64,000 nt of DNA from Myxococcales bacterium (GTDB lineage: Bacteria; Myxococcota_A; Polyangia; Palsa-1104; JAEUJZ01), in NCBI GenBank assembly GCA_016794365.1, contig JAEUKB010000085.1, positions 19,658 to 83,657 of the forward strand, read 5' to 3'. Below are positions 1 through 8,722 of the stretch, one piece after another. Position 1 is the first letter of the stretch. Every line of letters starts with the position of its first letter. The notes below the pieces were generated by a model, which was not told where the DNA came from, made no database searches, and saw only the letters and a list, made by a program, of their open reading frames with translations. Position numbers and translations under genes: made by a program.

Positions 1-717
1 GACCCGTCCGTAGCGCGGCTTGATTCCCGCTTCGTTGAGCCGTCGCGCAATCTCCGCCATTCCGACGCCTTCGCGATACCAGCCGATCGCCGTCTCAAGC
101 CAAGGATGCGTCACCGGATCGGGTACAAGCTTCGTCAGCTTGCCTTCTTTCACGACGGTAAATCCAAACGGCACCTTTCCGTAATATCCGCCTTGATCGA
201 CGATGTGGCGGATCGTTGCCTTGACGCGCTCGCTCGTGTTCTGCCTTTCGATCTGCCCGATGATCGCGAGGAACGGCAGAAGCATCTTCGACACAGGCTC
301 GAACGTGTTGATCCCGTCGCGAATCGCTACCAAATTGCAGCCGCATGGCTCGAGCAAATCTTCGTTGATGTTGCACAGATCGCGCAGCGAGCGAGTGAGC
401 CGATCCAGCTTGGTCACGACGACTGCCGCGATCTCACCGTCGGACTTCTTGATCTCGCGCATCATCCGCTGAAACGCGGGCCGATCGGTATTCTTCGCCG
501 AGAAGCCGCCATCTACGAAGACCTCCGCGATCACCCAACCGCGATCGGCTGCGTACTGCTGGATCGCCGCGCGCTGGTCATCCAGCGAAAGCCCTTGCGC
601 CACCTGCATGTCAGTGGACACGCGACAGTAGCCAAAGACGCGAACAATGTGCGCTGTGTTACGTAGTGTGGCTTGCTGGTTCTGATTGCGATAAGTAGAG
701 CGGCTGTCAGTCTTCAT
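1..717 (-). CDS. Large serine recombinase (resolvase/invertase N-terminal catalytic domain plus recombinase domain). The 5' part is complete; the C-terminus runs off the window's left edge.
   Basis: Reverse-strand translation from the ATG at 715-717 reads without a stop to position 1: MKTDSRSTYRNQNQQATLRNTAHIVRVFGYCRVSTDMQVAQGLSLDDQRAAIQQYAADRGWVIAEVFVDGGFSAKNTDRPAFQRMMREIKKSDGEIAAVVVTKLDRLTRSLRDLCNINEDLLEPCGCNLVAIRDGINTFEPVSKMLLPF... The YCRVSTDMQ block is the catalytic-Ser motif of serine recombinases. The later GGYYGKVPFGF...GIKPRYGR stretch matches the recombinase domain of large serine integrases. A ggaga Shine-Dalgarno sits about 8 nt upstream. It is absent from the ORF track only because no stop codon lies inside the window. 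Confidence 0.85.
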   Translation of the reverse strand, partial: MKTDSRSTYRNQNQQATLRNTAHIVRVFGYCRVSTDMQVAQGLSLDDQRAAIQQYAADRGWVIAEVFVDGGFSAKNTDRPAFQRMMREIKKSDGEIAAVVVTKLDRLTRSLRDLCNINEDLLEPCGCNLVAIRDGINTFEPVSKMLLPFLAIIGQIERQNTSERVKATIRHIVDQGGYYGKVPFGFTVVKEGKLTKLVPDPVTHPWLETAIGWYREGVGMAEIARRLNEAGIKPRYGRV

Positions 718-743
718 GGTCTGTTTCTCCGTCGCTGTGACCT

Positions 744-1199
744 TTAGTGGTCAACCTGGAAACAGACTCTAGAAATTACGTAATCATCGCGGTGGACGAT
801 GCCCTTCGCGTGCGCTGCGGCTAAGGAGTCAGCGAGCTGCCAGGTAAGCGAGACGACATCCCCCACAGGCAATGGTCCACGCGCAGCGCTGATGCGACGA
901 GCCAGGGACTCGCCATTGAGAAGCTCCATCACGAGGTAGGCAGCACCGTCCGGGAGCTGCCCAAAGTCCGAGATTTGAACCAGGCCAGGGTGCTCGACAA
1001 CATTGACCGCCCGAGCTTCATTAAAGAAGCGCGAGGTGAACTGGGCGTCCTTGGCGAAGGATGACAGGAGTACCTTGATCGCTACCCGACGACCAATGGC
1101 CTCGTGCAAGGCTTCATAGACGGCTCCCATGCCGCCTTCCCCCAGCTTGCGAACGACCTTATACGGCCCGATCTTTTCAGGAATCTCAGGACCAGTCAC
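744..1199 (-). pseudogene. Ser/Thr protein kinase gene, N-terminal fragment only, abruptly truncated right after the HRD catalytic-loop motif
   Basis: Glycine loop GEGGMGAVYEA, beta3 Lys in VAIKVL, and an N-lobe through IVHRD. The sequence then reads DYVISRVCFQVDH-stop with no LKPxN, DFG or APE. No kinase-like continuation appears in either of the other two frames past the junction. Confidence 0.65.
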
Positions 1200-1386
1200 T
1201 ATCGACCCATCACCTGAATACTGCCGCTCATGTTACTATGAACGCGGTGTGATGTGCAATGCTGGTCTGTGGGTAGACCTACAACCGCACGCTACGGGTT
1301 CTATCACGGGGGCTGTTATGTGTGGGGCTCGATGAAGGCAGAGCCCGAAGGATGAACAACCAGCGGCATGTCGCTAGCTAGATACG

Positions 1387-2094
1387 CTACTTCCGACGGA
1401 GACAAGCGAAGACACTGATTTCTTTTTCAACCCAATCACTTTCCAGCAGTACCGCATCGGCCCCCTCGAAACAGCGGGCAAGTCCTGTGGGTGAAAAGCG
1501 GAAATAGTCTTCAGGAGAAGGGTGGTACACCCAGGAAAAAACCGTCGCGAGATACAGGAATGCTCCAGGCTTTGCCAATCGCACGAAGTTGCGACAAAAC
1601 GTGAAGGGATCGCTGACGTGCTCCAGTGTATCGAAAGACACCACCACATCGAAACGACCTTCGATGCGAGCAACGTCCGCTTCGACCAGCAGGTCGCCCT
1701 TGATATCCAGTCCGCTGCCGGTTGTCTCCGCCGTGAAGCCCGGATCTAGAAACCGGAGATTCGGAAGGATCGAGAGCAATGGGTTGCGCGTAACGACTAC
1801 GTTCAACTCGGCCTCTGGCAGCGGCGCACCGAGAAATCGAAGGAACCGAAAAGCGGCCTCCTTGTCTTGGGCGACCGGCACGCGCTCATTGGTCTGAAGA
1901 TACACCTTCTCATTGCCGCCAACGTCGATGCACGACTTGTCCTTGGTTTCAACTCCGTGGCGCGTCACCGCATCGAGGAAATGATCTATCGCCTTCTGTC
2001 GCATGGTCGGAGCGGCAAAATCGCACTGCCAGCCTGTTCTGTCCAGGCTGAACTTTCCTGATTGATGCCCCCCATTCGTCGGCAACGTCTCCAT
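1387..2094 (-). CDS. Class I SAM-dependent methyltransferase (Methyltransf_11/12-like)
   Basis: Motif I-like DVGGNEKVYLQ, post-I acidic residue, FDVVVSFDTLEHVSDP (motif II/III) and LAKPGAFLYL (motif IV region). Confidence 0.7.
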   Translation of the reverse strand: METLPTNGGHQSGKFSLDRTGWQCDFAAPTMRQKAIDHFLDAVTRHGVETKDKSCIDVGGNEKVYLQTNERVPVAQDKEAAFRFLRFLGAPLPEAELNVVVTRNPLLSILPNLRFLDPGFTAETTGSGLDIKGDLLVEADVARIEGRFDVVVSFDTLEHVSDPFTFCRNFVRLAKPGAFLYLATVFSWVYHPSPEDYFRFSPTGLARCFEGADAVLLESDWVEKEISVFACLRRK

Positions 2095-2195
2095 GAGCGT
2101 GTCGTTGGCCAGCAGCGCTGGGCTACATCGGAAAGCGTTCAGTCAACAGCCATTCGGGTTGACAACAACCGCAGAGCGGGAGTATCCCGTGCGCC

Positions 2196-3452
2196 ATGCG
2201 ATTGGGATCTATTCAGCCATCTAATATGCTTAAACAAGCGCTCCACGCACCAGTTGGTCGGACCGTTGATTATCTTAAGCGCATACAGACGATATTGGAG
2301 CGATACCAGACCAAATGGGAAGATTCCGTGAAAAACGATGAACCCAGTGCGACAGTGCAGCCCATCGTCGCCAGTGCCGAAAATGAAATCGCTTCGCATC
2401 AATTGACAATCAAGCCCAAAGTCGTTCAGCCGATTTTAAACACCAATCAAAATCGCACCAGTCAAGCCATCTTTCAAGAGAATCCCATTTTGCAGTCGCA
2501 TGATCTTAAACATTCAAACATAACATACGAATCACTCGGCATTGATCCGGTGATATTTTATAGTGGAAAATTTGCTGGCTCTCCATGTCGAGTTAACTTT
2601 CTGGCCGATCCTGCCAACCGTTTTGATATCGAGTACTCGCGCGCACGATTTCTGGTCAAGAATATCCCGTCGGGTGGACTGGTGCTTGACTTGGGCTGTG
2701 GCTCAGGACCGTTCGGGCAGACACTTCGTGACGAATGCCAGGTCAAAGCACTCATCGGAGTTGACATGGACCCAGTCTGCGTCCGTCTGGCTGAGCAGAC
2801 CTACGACCAAGCAGAAGTCTTCCAAATCGGAGAAGCCCTACCATTTCCAGATGCAACGTTTGACGCTGTGTTCTCAGTGGATTTCTTCGGACATGTAGAA
2901 TTCCGGCACAAGAACCGTCTCATCGAGGAAATACATCGCGTTACCAAGCCCGGCGGGATTTCTGTCCACATTATTGAATCGATGAAACTTGATTATCATA
3001 AGATTCAGCCAGGAAATATCGATGACCCCAGAATGAAATATATTCACATGGAAGGACATGTCGGGATTGAGCCTGCTGATATTGTCTCGGTGAGATGGTT
3101 AAGATGCTTTCAATCCGTAGTAGTTGAAAACGCTTTTCTTTTCCCATTTTATCCATCTTCCACCTACGCAGCTCTGACAGATACCTTTGAAGAGCCACTC
3201 CGTCGTCTAATTGAAGGCTTTAGCCCACAGGAAAAGCGTGCAGCAAATATCTGTTTGGGATTTGTCTGTGACTTCCTGATGGAACAGATTCGTCAGCGGG
3301 ATCCGACGCTCTTGTTGCCCGACGACAGCGAGGAATTGCTGTTTCATCACAAAGAACATGAAGCTCGCTCGGTAGAGGAGCAATCGCCTGGCAACGCCCG
3401 AGACATTCTTCGCCACGGAAGTGGGCTGATTCACTTGGTTGCTCGACGCTAG
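2196..3452 (+). CDS. Class I SAM-dependent methyltransferase with an N-terminal extension of about 140 aa; the true start is uncertain
   Basis: VLDLGCGSGPFG (motif I), ALIGVDMD, FDAVFSVDFFGHVE and VTKPGGISVHII. The region is visibly lower in GC than its neighbours, for example AT-rich runs around 2400-2580. Confidence 0.65.
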   Translation: MRLGSIQPSNMLKQALHAPVGRTVDYLKRIQTILERYQTKWEDSVKNDEPSATVQPIVASAENEIASHQLTIKPKVVQPILNTNQNRTSQAIFQENPILQSHDLKHSNITYESLGIDPVIFYSGKFAGSPCRVNFLADPANRFDIEYSRARFLVKNIPSGGLVLDLGCGSGPFGQTLRDECQVKALIGVDMDPVCVRLAEQTYDQAEVFQIGEALPFPDATFDAVFSVDFFGHVEFRHKNRLIEEIHRVTKPGGISVHIIESMKLDYHKIQPGNIDDPRMKYIHMEGHVGIEPADIVSVRWLRCFQSVVVENAFLFPFYPSSTYAALTDTFEEPLRRLIEGFSPQEKRAANICLGFVCDFLMEQIRQRDPTLLLPDDSEELLFHHKEHEARSVEEQSPGNARDILRHGSGLIHLVARR

Positions 3453-3562
3453 CAACTGTGCCGAGTGGCTGCGATGCGGACAAGGATCTGCGCTTGCCGA
3501 CCGCGTTACCTTGCCACGAAGCGGGCAGCGCGCCCTCCCACCTGCGTGATATCATCAGCAAG

Positions 3563-4396
3563 ATGAAGAAGTGCGCGGGCGTTGTGGGAGCGCTCCTGGT
3601 GATCAGCCTGAGCATGGGATGCGGAGATCTATGGTCCCCGTTCCTAGCGTATCGAGAGGGGGAATTCCGACCTGGGCTGGTGCTCATTCCCAAAGGAGGC
3701 TACACGATGGGAAGTCCGACCGGGGAGTCTGCCCGAGGCAGTGACGAAGCGCCGCATAAGGTGACGCTGACGACGGACTTCTGGATGGCGGAAAGTGAAG
3801 TGACTCAGAGGCAGTATCGGAACCTGATGGGAAGCACTCCGTCGAATTTCAAGGGAGACGATCTGCCAGTGGAGCAAGTGAGCTGGCTCGATGCAGTGAC
3901 GTACTGCAACGCGCTGTCAGAGAAAGAGAACCTTCCGCCGTGTTACCAGATAAGTGGAGAGACGGTGGGATGGGCGGACGGAGTGAAATGTAAGGGGTAT
4001 CGGTTGCCGACGGAAGCGGAGTGGGAATACGCAGCGAACCCTGTGACGCCACCGAGAACGGTGTACGCGGGCTCAGACACGGTGGATGGGGTGGCGTGGT
4101 ACTACACAAACTCTGCAAACACGACGCATGCAGTGAAGACGAAGACGGCAAACGGAAGAGGACTGTACGATTTAAGCGGAAACGTGTGGGAGTGGGTGTG
4201 GGACTGGTATCAGGGGAACTATGAAGCGCTGCCGTCCACTGATCCGCTCGGCCCCGCGACCGGCGCGTTCCGGGTGATCCGTGGCGGCGCGTGGCTCATC
4301 ACCGCGCCCGCCGCGCGCATTGCGCAGCGCTCCAACGCCACGCCTACGATTCGCAGCAACGCCCTCGGCTTTCGTATCGTGAGGTCTTACCCTTAG
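3563..4396 (+). CDS. Formylglycine-generating enzyme (FGE-sulfatase/SUMF1) family domain lipoprotein
   Basis: MKKCAGVVGALLVISLSMGC is a lipoprotein signal with a lipobox. FGE-family motifs present: YRLPTEAEWEYAA, GNVWEWVWDWY, RVIRGGAW and LGFRIVRS. The start was chosen at the internal ATG (3563) that begins the signal peptide; the ORF track start at 3458 is less likely. Confidence 0.8.
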   Translation: MKKCAGVVGALLVISLSMGCGDLWSPFLAYREGEFRPGLVLIPKGGYTMGSPTGESARGSDEAPHKVTLTTDFWMAESEVTQRQYRNLMGSTPSNFKGDDLPVEQVSWLDAVTYCNALSEKENLPPCYQISGETVGWADGVKCKGYRLPTEAEWEYAANPVTPPRTVYAGSDTVDGVAWYYTNSANTTHAVKTKTANGRGLYDLSGNVWEWVWDWYQGNYEALPSTDPLGPATGAFRVIRGGAWLITAPAARIAQRSNATPTIRSNALGFRIVRSYP

Positions 4397-4718
4397 CAGT
4401 TTTACCCTCTTACCCTCTGCAAAGGGCGAAGCCCAATCTGGGGCGAAGCCAATCTCGTCCAGTCCCGAATCAAGCCGAGCCAAAGAAGGGACGCCATCGT
4501 GAACACCAGCCAATGCAGAAGGAACGCCGATCGCCAGGATTTCCAGGCGCGCTCGTTATCGGCAGGAAACACGTATCCATCCAGGTTCTCGACCCACTGC
4601 TCTGGCACGTCGCTTCGGCTACGCAACGGACAGGGTTCAAACAAACCGAATCACGCTTCGTCCGTGATCCAGAAATTGTAGCCTAGCTCGCACCGTTCTA
4701 AATCCCTGGTTCCCCCAC

Positions 4719-5504
4719 TCAACTAGCCCAGCGCACTTCCCGACCTCTCTGCGACGGCATCGGGAAGTTTGATGCCCATTTCTCGACGGACGTGATCTTA
4801 GCTGGCTTCAAGTCTCGGTGGAGGACGCCTTGGGTGTGGGCGCTGTGGACGGCTTGGGCGATCTGGGAAACGAGGAGAACTTTCTGTTCCAGGCTCAGGC
4901 GACGCAGGTGCAGCGGCTGACCGTCGATGAACTCCATCGCAATGTAGGGCTGCGACTGGAACTCTCCGACCTCGAAGACCTTGCAGATGTTGTTGTGGTC
5001 CAGTCGGGCTTGCGCGCGCGCTTCTTGCAGCAGACGCTCCGCCGCGTCGGGACTGGGAACGCGCAGGAACTTGAGCGCAACCAGTCTGCCCAGCTTGCGA
5101 TCACGCGCAAGAAACACCGAGCCCATTCCGCCTTGTCCCAGCGGTCGCACGATCTCGTAGCGATCCCACGACTTGAGCGGATCAGGAACCGCGCCTGGTA
5201 GTGAAACCAAGAGCAGTTCAGAGCCTGTCTGCCGGGGTGCAGAGTTTCCATGCAGCGTCGGTGCGCGCGCCGGATCCATGGTCGGAGCCGTGGCTTCATC
5301 GATGGATAACGGAGCGGAATTCGAAGCGGAGTTCGGAGCCGCATCACGTCCAGACGCACGCTCAGACCCAGGACCAGAAGGAGTGGAAGTAGGAGTGGGA
5401 GAAGGAGTGGGAGAGGATCGATCAGACTGCGCGCTTGCCACCAAGACATGTTCACACAGGTCTTGATGCTTCAGCCAGTCGCTACACAGAGATGACGACG
5501 GCAC
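4719..5504 (-). pseudogene. Ser/Thr protein kinase pseudogene, frameshifted and decayed after the catalytic loop
   Basis: LGQGGMGSVFLA, VALKFL, IAMEFIDGQPL and VLHRDLKPA, after which the annotated frame reads KITSVEKWAS...stop. The -1 frame over the same nucleotides reads EMGIKLPDAVAERSG, a kinase subdomain VI/VII-like remnant with DFG degraded to DAV. There is a long low-complexity Pro/Ser/Ala-rich N-terminus. Further decayed remnants may extend down to about 4400. Confidence 0.6.
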
Positions 5505-5539
5505 ACACCGTCATTCCTAAGCGCGCTTGGGAGTCTCTG

Positions 5540-6103
5540 TTAGTGCAGCACCGTACGCAGTCGCGAGATTCCCATTCCCAACGTCAGATCGCTGTCGCTT
5601 TCAAAAGAAGAGAACCGGAGTCCCATTCCCATCAGCGCTCGGATGCCTCCTTTGCCGTCGGAAAAGTTCAAGAAATAGTGATTCTTGACTTCTCCGCGTG
5701 CAGACACGCGCGCATGGGAATCGGGAAGTGAAAAGAACACCTGAACCTGCGTACCGAGCGGCAATGGCTCTCGCACTTCCACCATCATTCCGCCGGTCGA
5801 GACATTGCGCGCGATCGCGGAAATCTCACCAAAGGAATCGCTGCGCAGCGCCACCGCAAAGGCTTTGTCAAAGCGCATGCTGCGTCGCTTCTCGACACGA
5901 GTGGGAGCCCCGGATGGAACGTGCGCGCGCGTCGGACGACCACTCTGCGGACGACCACTCTGCGGACGACCACTTTGCGGACGACCACTTTGCGGACGAC
6001 CACTTTGCGGACGCGCTGGCTGGGTCGAAACAGACTGTGCGGAAGACTGCGGCAGGTTGGGCTTCATGAAGAAGACCCTACTCCGGTGAGACAAGGAAGT
6101 CAA
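5540..6103 (-). CDS. PilZ domain protein (predicted c-di-GMP receptor) with an N-terminal (RPQSG)5 repeat
   Basis: RRSMRFDKA (RxxxR) and NVSTGG (D/NxSxxG) PilZ signature pair, with a beta-barrel-like C-terminal part. The N-terminus contains a perfect tandem pentapeptide. Confidence 0.65.
   Translation of the reverse strand: MTSLSHRSRVFFMKPNLPQSSAQSVSTQPARPQSGRPQSGRPQSGRPQSGRPQSGRPTRAHVPSGAPTRVEKRRSMRFDKAFAVALRSDSFGEISAIARNVSTGGMMVEVREPLPLGTQVQVFFSLPDSHARVSARGEVKNHYFLNFSDGKGGIRALMGMGLRFSSFESDSDLTLGMGISRLRTVLH
5934..6013. repeat. Perfect 15-bp tandem repeat x5 (ggacgaccac[t/c]ttgc), in-frame within the PilZ gene
   Basis: Visible directly: gacgaccactctgcggacgaccactctgcggacgaccactttgcgg... It encodes RPQSGRPQSG... 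on the minus strand. Confidence 0.9.
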
Positions 6104-6166
6104 AAATCTTACGTTGTCCTACATGGTCACACTCTGTACTCCATGTCTGACATTCGCGCGGCTTGT

Positions 6167-7453
6167 TTAGGTTGGATCGCTGTGAACGGGCGCGCGAAAC
6201 AGCTTCCAAGTGACCAGACCAAGCAGCAGCGCCAGCGTCGCGAACACGATCGCCAGCACGAAAAACACCGAGCGAGCGCCATACGCATCCACCAGCAGAC
6301 CGACGCAGACCGCTGATCCGCTGTACATCACCGCCATGATCGCTTGATCGAACGAAAACAGACGACCACGCAGCGCATCGGGCACCGCTTTTTGCAGCGC
6401 AAACGTCGTCGCTTGCCACATCGCTCCGCCGCCCATGTGACCGATCACCACCGGAATCAGACCGACTTCCAGCGTCGGGCTCTTCGCCAAAAGCGCATAA
6501 CTGAGCGAGTAGATCATGATGCACGGTGCGATCAGCTGGGTCCGTCGCACCGGACTTGCGACCAGCCAAAACAGCACGAACGGACCGATCAGCGCACCGA
6601 GCCCGCGCGCGACGAACAGCAGCGAGATGCCCTCAGAGCCGCGCAAAAACACCTTTTCCGCGAACACCGACAGCAGCGTCGTCAGTCCCAGCATCAGCCC
6701 GAGCAGTCCTTTGCCGCACAGCAGCGCCATGACCTGCGGCTTTTGACGAGTGAACTGAAAGGCTTCTCCCAACGAAGCCAGCAGTGGAACGGACGACTCG
6801 CTGCGCGGCGCGTGCTCGGAAAACGGAGTCTTGATCCCGACGAGCAGCAGCGCCGACACCAAAAAGCTGAGCGCATTGACGACAAACGCCGTGTTGCGCC
6901 CAAAGTACGTCGCAACCAAGCCTCCGAGTGCCGATCCAACCATCAGCATCGTGCCCCACGCCGATCCCAGCAGCGCGTTGGCCCGACCGAGATCTTCGGG
7001 AGCAACCAGGTTCGGCGCCGCAGCTTCCGACGCAGGATCAAAAAAGCCAGATCCCGCCGAAAGCGCCGCCACGGACAGATAAGCCAGCGGCAAAAGCGAT
7101 GGAGTCACCACCAAGATCGGCAAGAGCGCCATCGCCGCACGCAGCAGATCCACCGTCACCATCAAGCGACGACGATCGGTGCGATCAATCAGGTTGCCAG
7201 CCCACGGCGTCACAAGCAGCGCAGGAAGTCCCAGGCACAGGTTGATGAGCGAGGTCAGCGTCGCGCTCCCGGTCTGCGACAGCACCAGATCGTACAGCGC
7301 AACCATCATAAACCAGTCGCCTGCGAGGCTAATCAGCGTCGCCAGATACACCCTGCGAAAGTCTCCATTGCGAGCCAACAGGCCCAGATAGCTTCCGCCG
7401 ATCGGTGGCCGAGTCCCGTGCTCGCGCCCCACTTGTCCGTCCGTACTGTCCAT
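6167..7453 (-). CDS. MFS transporter (EntS/DHA3-like efflux family)
   Basis: Twelve TM-like hydrophobic segments, NLIDRTDRRRLM in the loop 2-3 region, and typical MFS composition. Confidence 0.7.
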   Translation of the reverse strand: MDSTDGQVGREHGTRPPIGGSYLGLLARNGDFRRVYLATLISLAGDWFMMVALYDLVLSQTGSATLTSLINLCLGLPALLVTPWAGNLIDRTDRRRLMVTVDLLRAAMALLPILVVTPSLLPLAYLSVAALSAGSGFFDPASEAAAPNLVAPEDLGRANALLGSAWGTMLMVGSALGGLVATYFGRNTAFVVNALSFLVSALLLVGIKTPFSEHAPRSESSVPLLASLGEAFQFTRQKPQVMALLCGKGLLGLMLGLTTLLSVFAEKVFLRGSEGISLLFVARGLGALIGPFVLFWLVASPVRRTQLIAPCIMIYSLSYALLAKSPTLEVGLIPVVIGHMGGGAMWQATTFALQKAVPDALRGRLFSFDQAIMAVMYSGSAVCVGLLVDAYGARSVFFVLAIVFATLALLLGLVTWKLFRAPVHSDPT

Positions 7454-7623
7454 CGCGTCATCTCAAGTCAGCCGATCGCACTTGGCAAAGCACGCCCCGA
7501 GGCCATGCAGCCTCATGTATCGGCAAAACCTGCGCAGGTACCTAAAAAGCCGAAGATCTTTCGCGCTCTTTCGGCGTGCGCTGGTGGTTGAAAAAGGAGT
7601 GTCCTTGACGGTACCCTAAAATC

Positions 7624-8631
7624 ATGCGCAGAAGGCATGGCGTATACCGACTAGCGACTATCAGTGCTCTCGGCTTACTGCTTTCATCGTCTGTTTTTCG
7701 ACTTCCCAGCGATTCAGCCACGGCCCGAGCGGCTCCAAGCCCGGTATCCGCCGCACCGCTAAGCCGTCCGATGTCAGTGCCGCAGCCTCGTCTGACCTTG
7801 TCCGATCAACCGTCGCAGGTGCGGCATGTGGTCATCATCAGCGAAGACGGCATGCGTCCCGACCTGATCTACGGACAGCAAAACATGGTCTGGCACGAGC
7901 AGCTCTATCGCAACGGATCGTTTTCGTGGAAAGCACGGACGATTCGCACGGCATCGACGCTGCCGTCACACGCATCCATGCTCTCGGGCGTCGATGTCGA
8001 TCAGCACGGACTGACGTGGAATACCTGGCTGAAGACTCGCGGCTTCATTCGTGTCCCGACGATCTTTCAAGCGGCTGAAGAAAATGGGCTCAAGACCGCT
8101 GCGTTCGTCGGCAAGCCCAAGCTTCGTCACATCATGCCAGCAGGAACCGTCGGAATATTTGCTCGTCCCGGTTACTACTGCAAGAAGGTCAGCGACGAAG
8201 CGGCTCGTTACATCGAACGAGAAAAGCCGGAGCTACTGTTCGTTCACTTTTCCGATCCAGACGAAGCAGGTCACTCGGATGGCTGGATGACCGCCAGCTA
8301 TCGCAAAGCCGCGCTCGCGTCGGATGCATGCCTTGGTACGATCTATCGTGCGCTTCAGCAGGCCAACATGATCGACGAGACGCTGGTGATTGTCTCGGCG
8401 GATCACGGTGGTCATGCGCGCGGTCACACGGGCGCCATTCCCAGCGATCGCGAGATTCCCTGGATCGCGTCCGGTCCCGGTGTTCGTCGCGGCTATCACA
8501 TTCGCTCGGCTGTCTCGACGATGGATACCGCAGCGACGGCGCTGGCAGCGCTGGGACTGGCCCCGCTCACCCGCATTTCTGGCCGTCCCGTTTCCGAGAT
8601 CTTTCAGTCGTCCACCCGCACCGGCCTGTGA
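7624..8631 (+). CDS. Alkaline-phosphatase-superfamily ectonucleotide pyrophosphatase/phosphodiesterase (type I phosphodiesterase), secreted
   Basis: N-terminal signal peptide. Motifs present: VIISEDGMRPD (metal-binding D), STLPSHASMLSG (TxPxH nucleophile Thr), DQHG, DPDEAGHSDG and VSADHGGH. Confidence 0.75.
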   Translation: MRRRHGVYRLATISALGLLLSSSVFRLPSDSATARAAPSPVSAAPLSRPMSVPQPRLTLSDQPSQVRHVVIISEDGMRPDLIYGQQNMVWHEQLYRNGSFSWKARTIRTASTLPSHASMLSGVDVDQHGLTWNTWLKTRGFIRVPTIFQAAEENGLKTAAFVGKPKLRHIMPAGTVGIFARPGYYCKKVSDEAARYIEREKPELLFVHFSDPDEAGHSDGWMTASYRKAALASDACLGTIYRALQQANMIDETLVIVSADHGGHARGHTGAIPSDREIPWIASGPGVRRGYHIRSAVSTMDTAATALAALGLAPLTRISGRPVSEIFQSSTRTGL

Positions 8632-8722
8632 CGCAGCGCGTTGAGATAACACGCGCTCGTTTTTGTAGCGTTTCCTACCTACCTTTCCGTCGCTGAGTTG
8701 GCAGCCCAACCTGGCCCCGCGC

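Noticed and set aside
1129-1335. 68-aa Cys-containing small ORF between the kinase fragment and the methyltransferase, considered as a possible RiPP precursor for the adjacent methyltransferases
   Set aside because: It mostly overlaps the kinase fragment antisense, and has no leader/core architecture or RBS. There is no supporting evidence beyond its position.
4625-4650. tRNA T-arm-like gggttcaaacaaacc
   Set aside because: No complementary acceptor/T stems and no cloverleaf can be folded around it. It lies inside the decayed kinase region.
6344-7591. 415-aa plus-strand ORF overlapping the MFS transporter gene
   Set aside because: Extremely Arg/Gln/His-rich with no hydrophobic core or motifs. 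The opposite strand encodes a clean 12-TM MFS protein.
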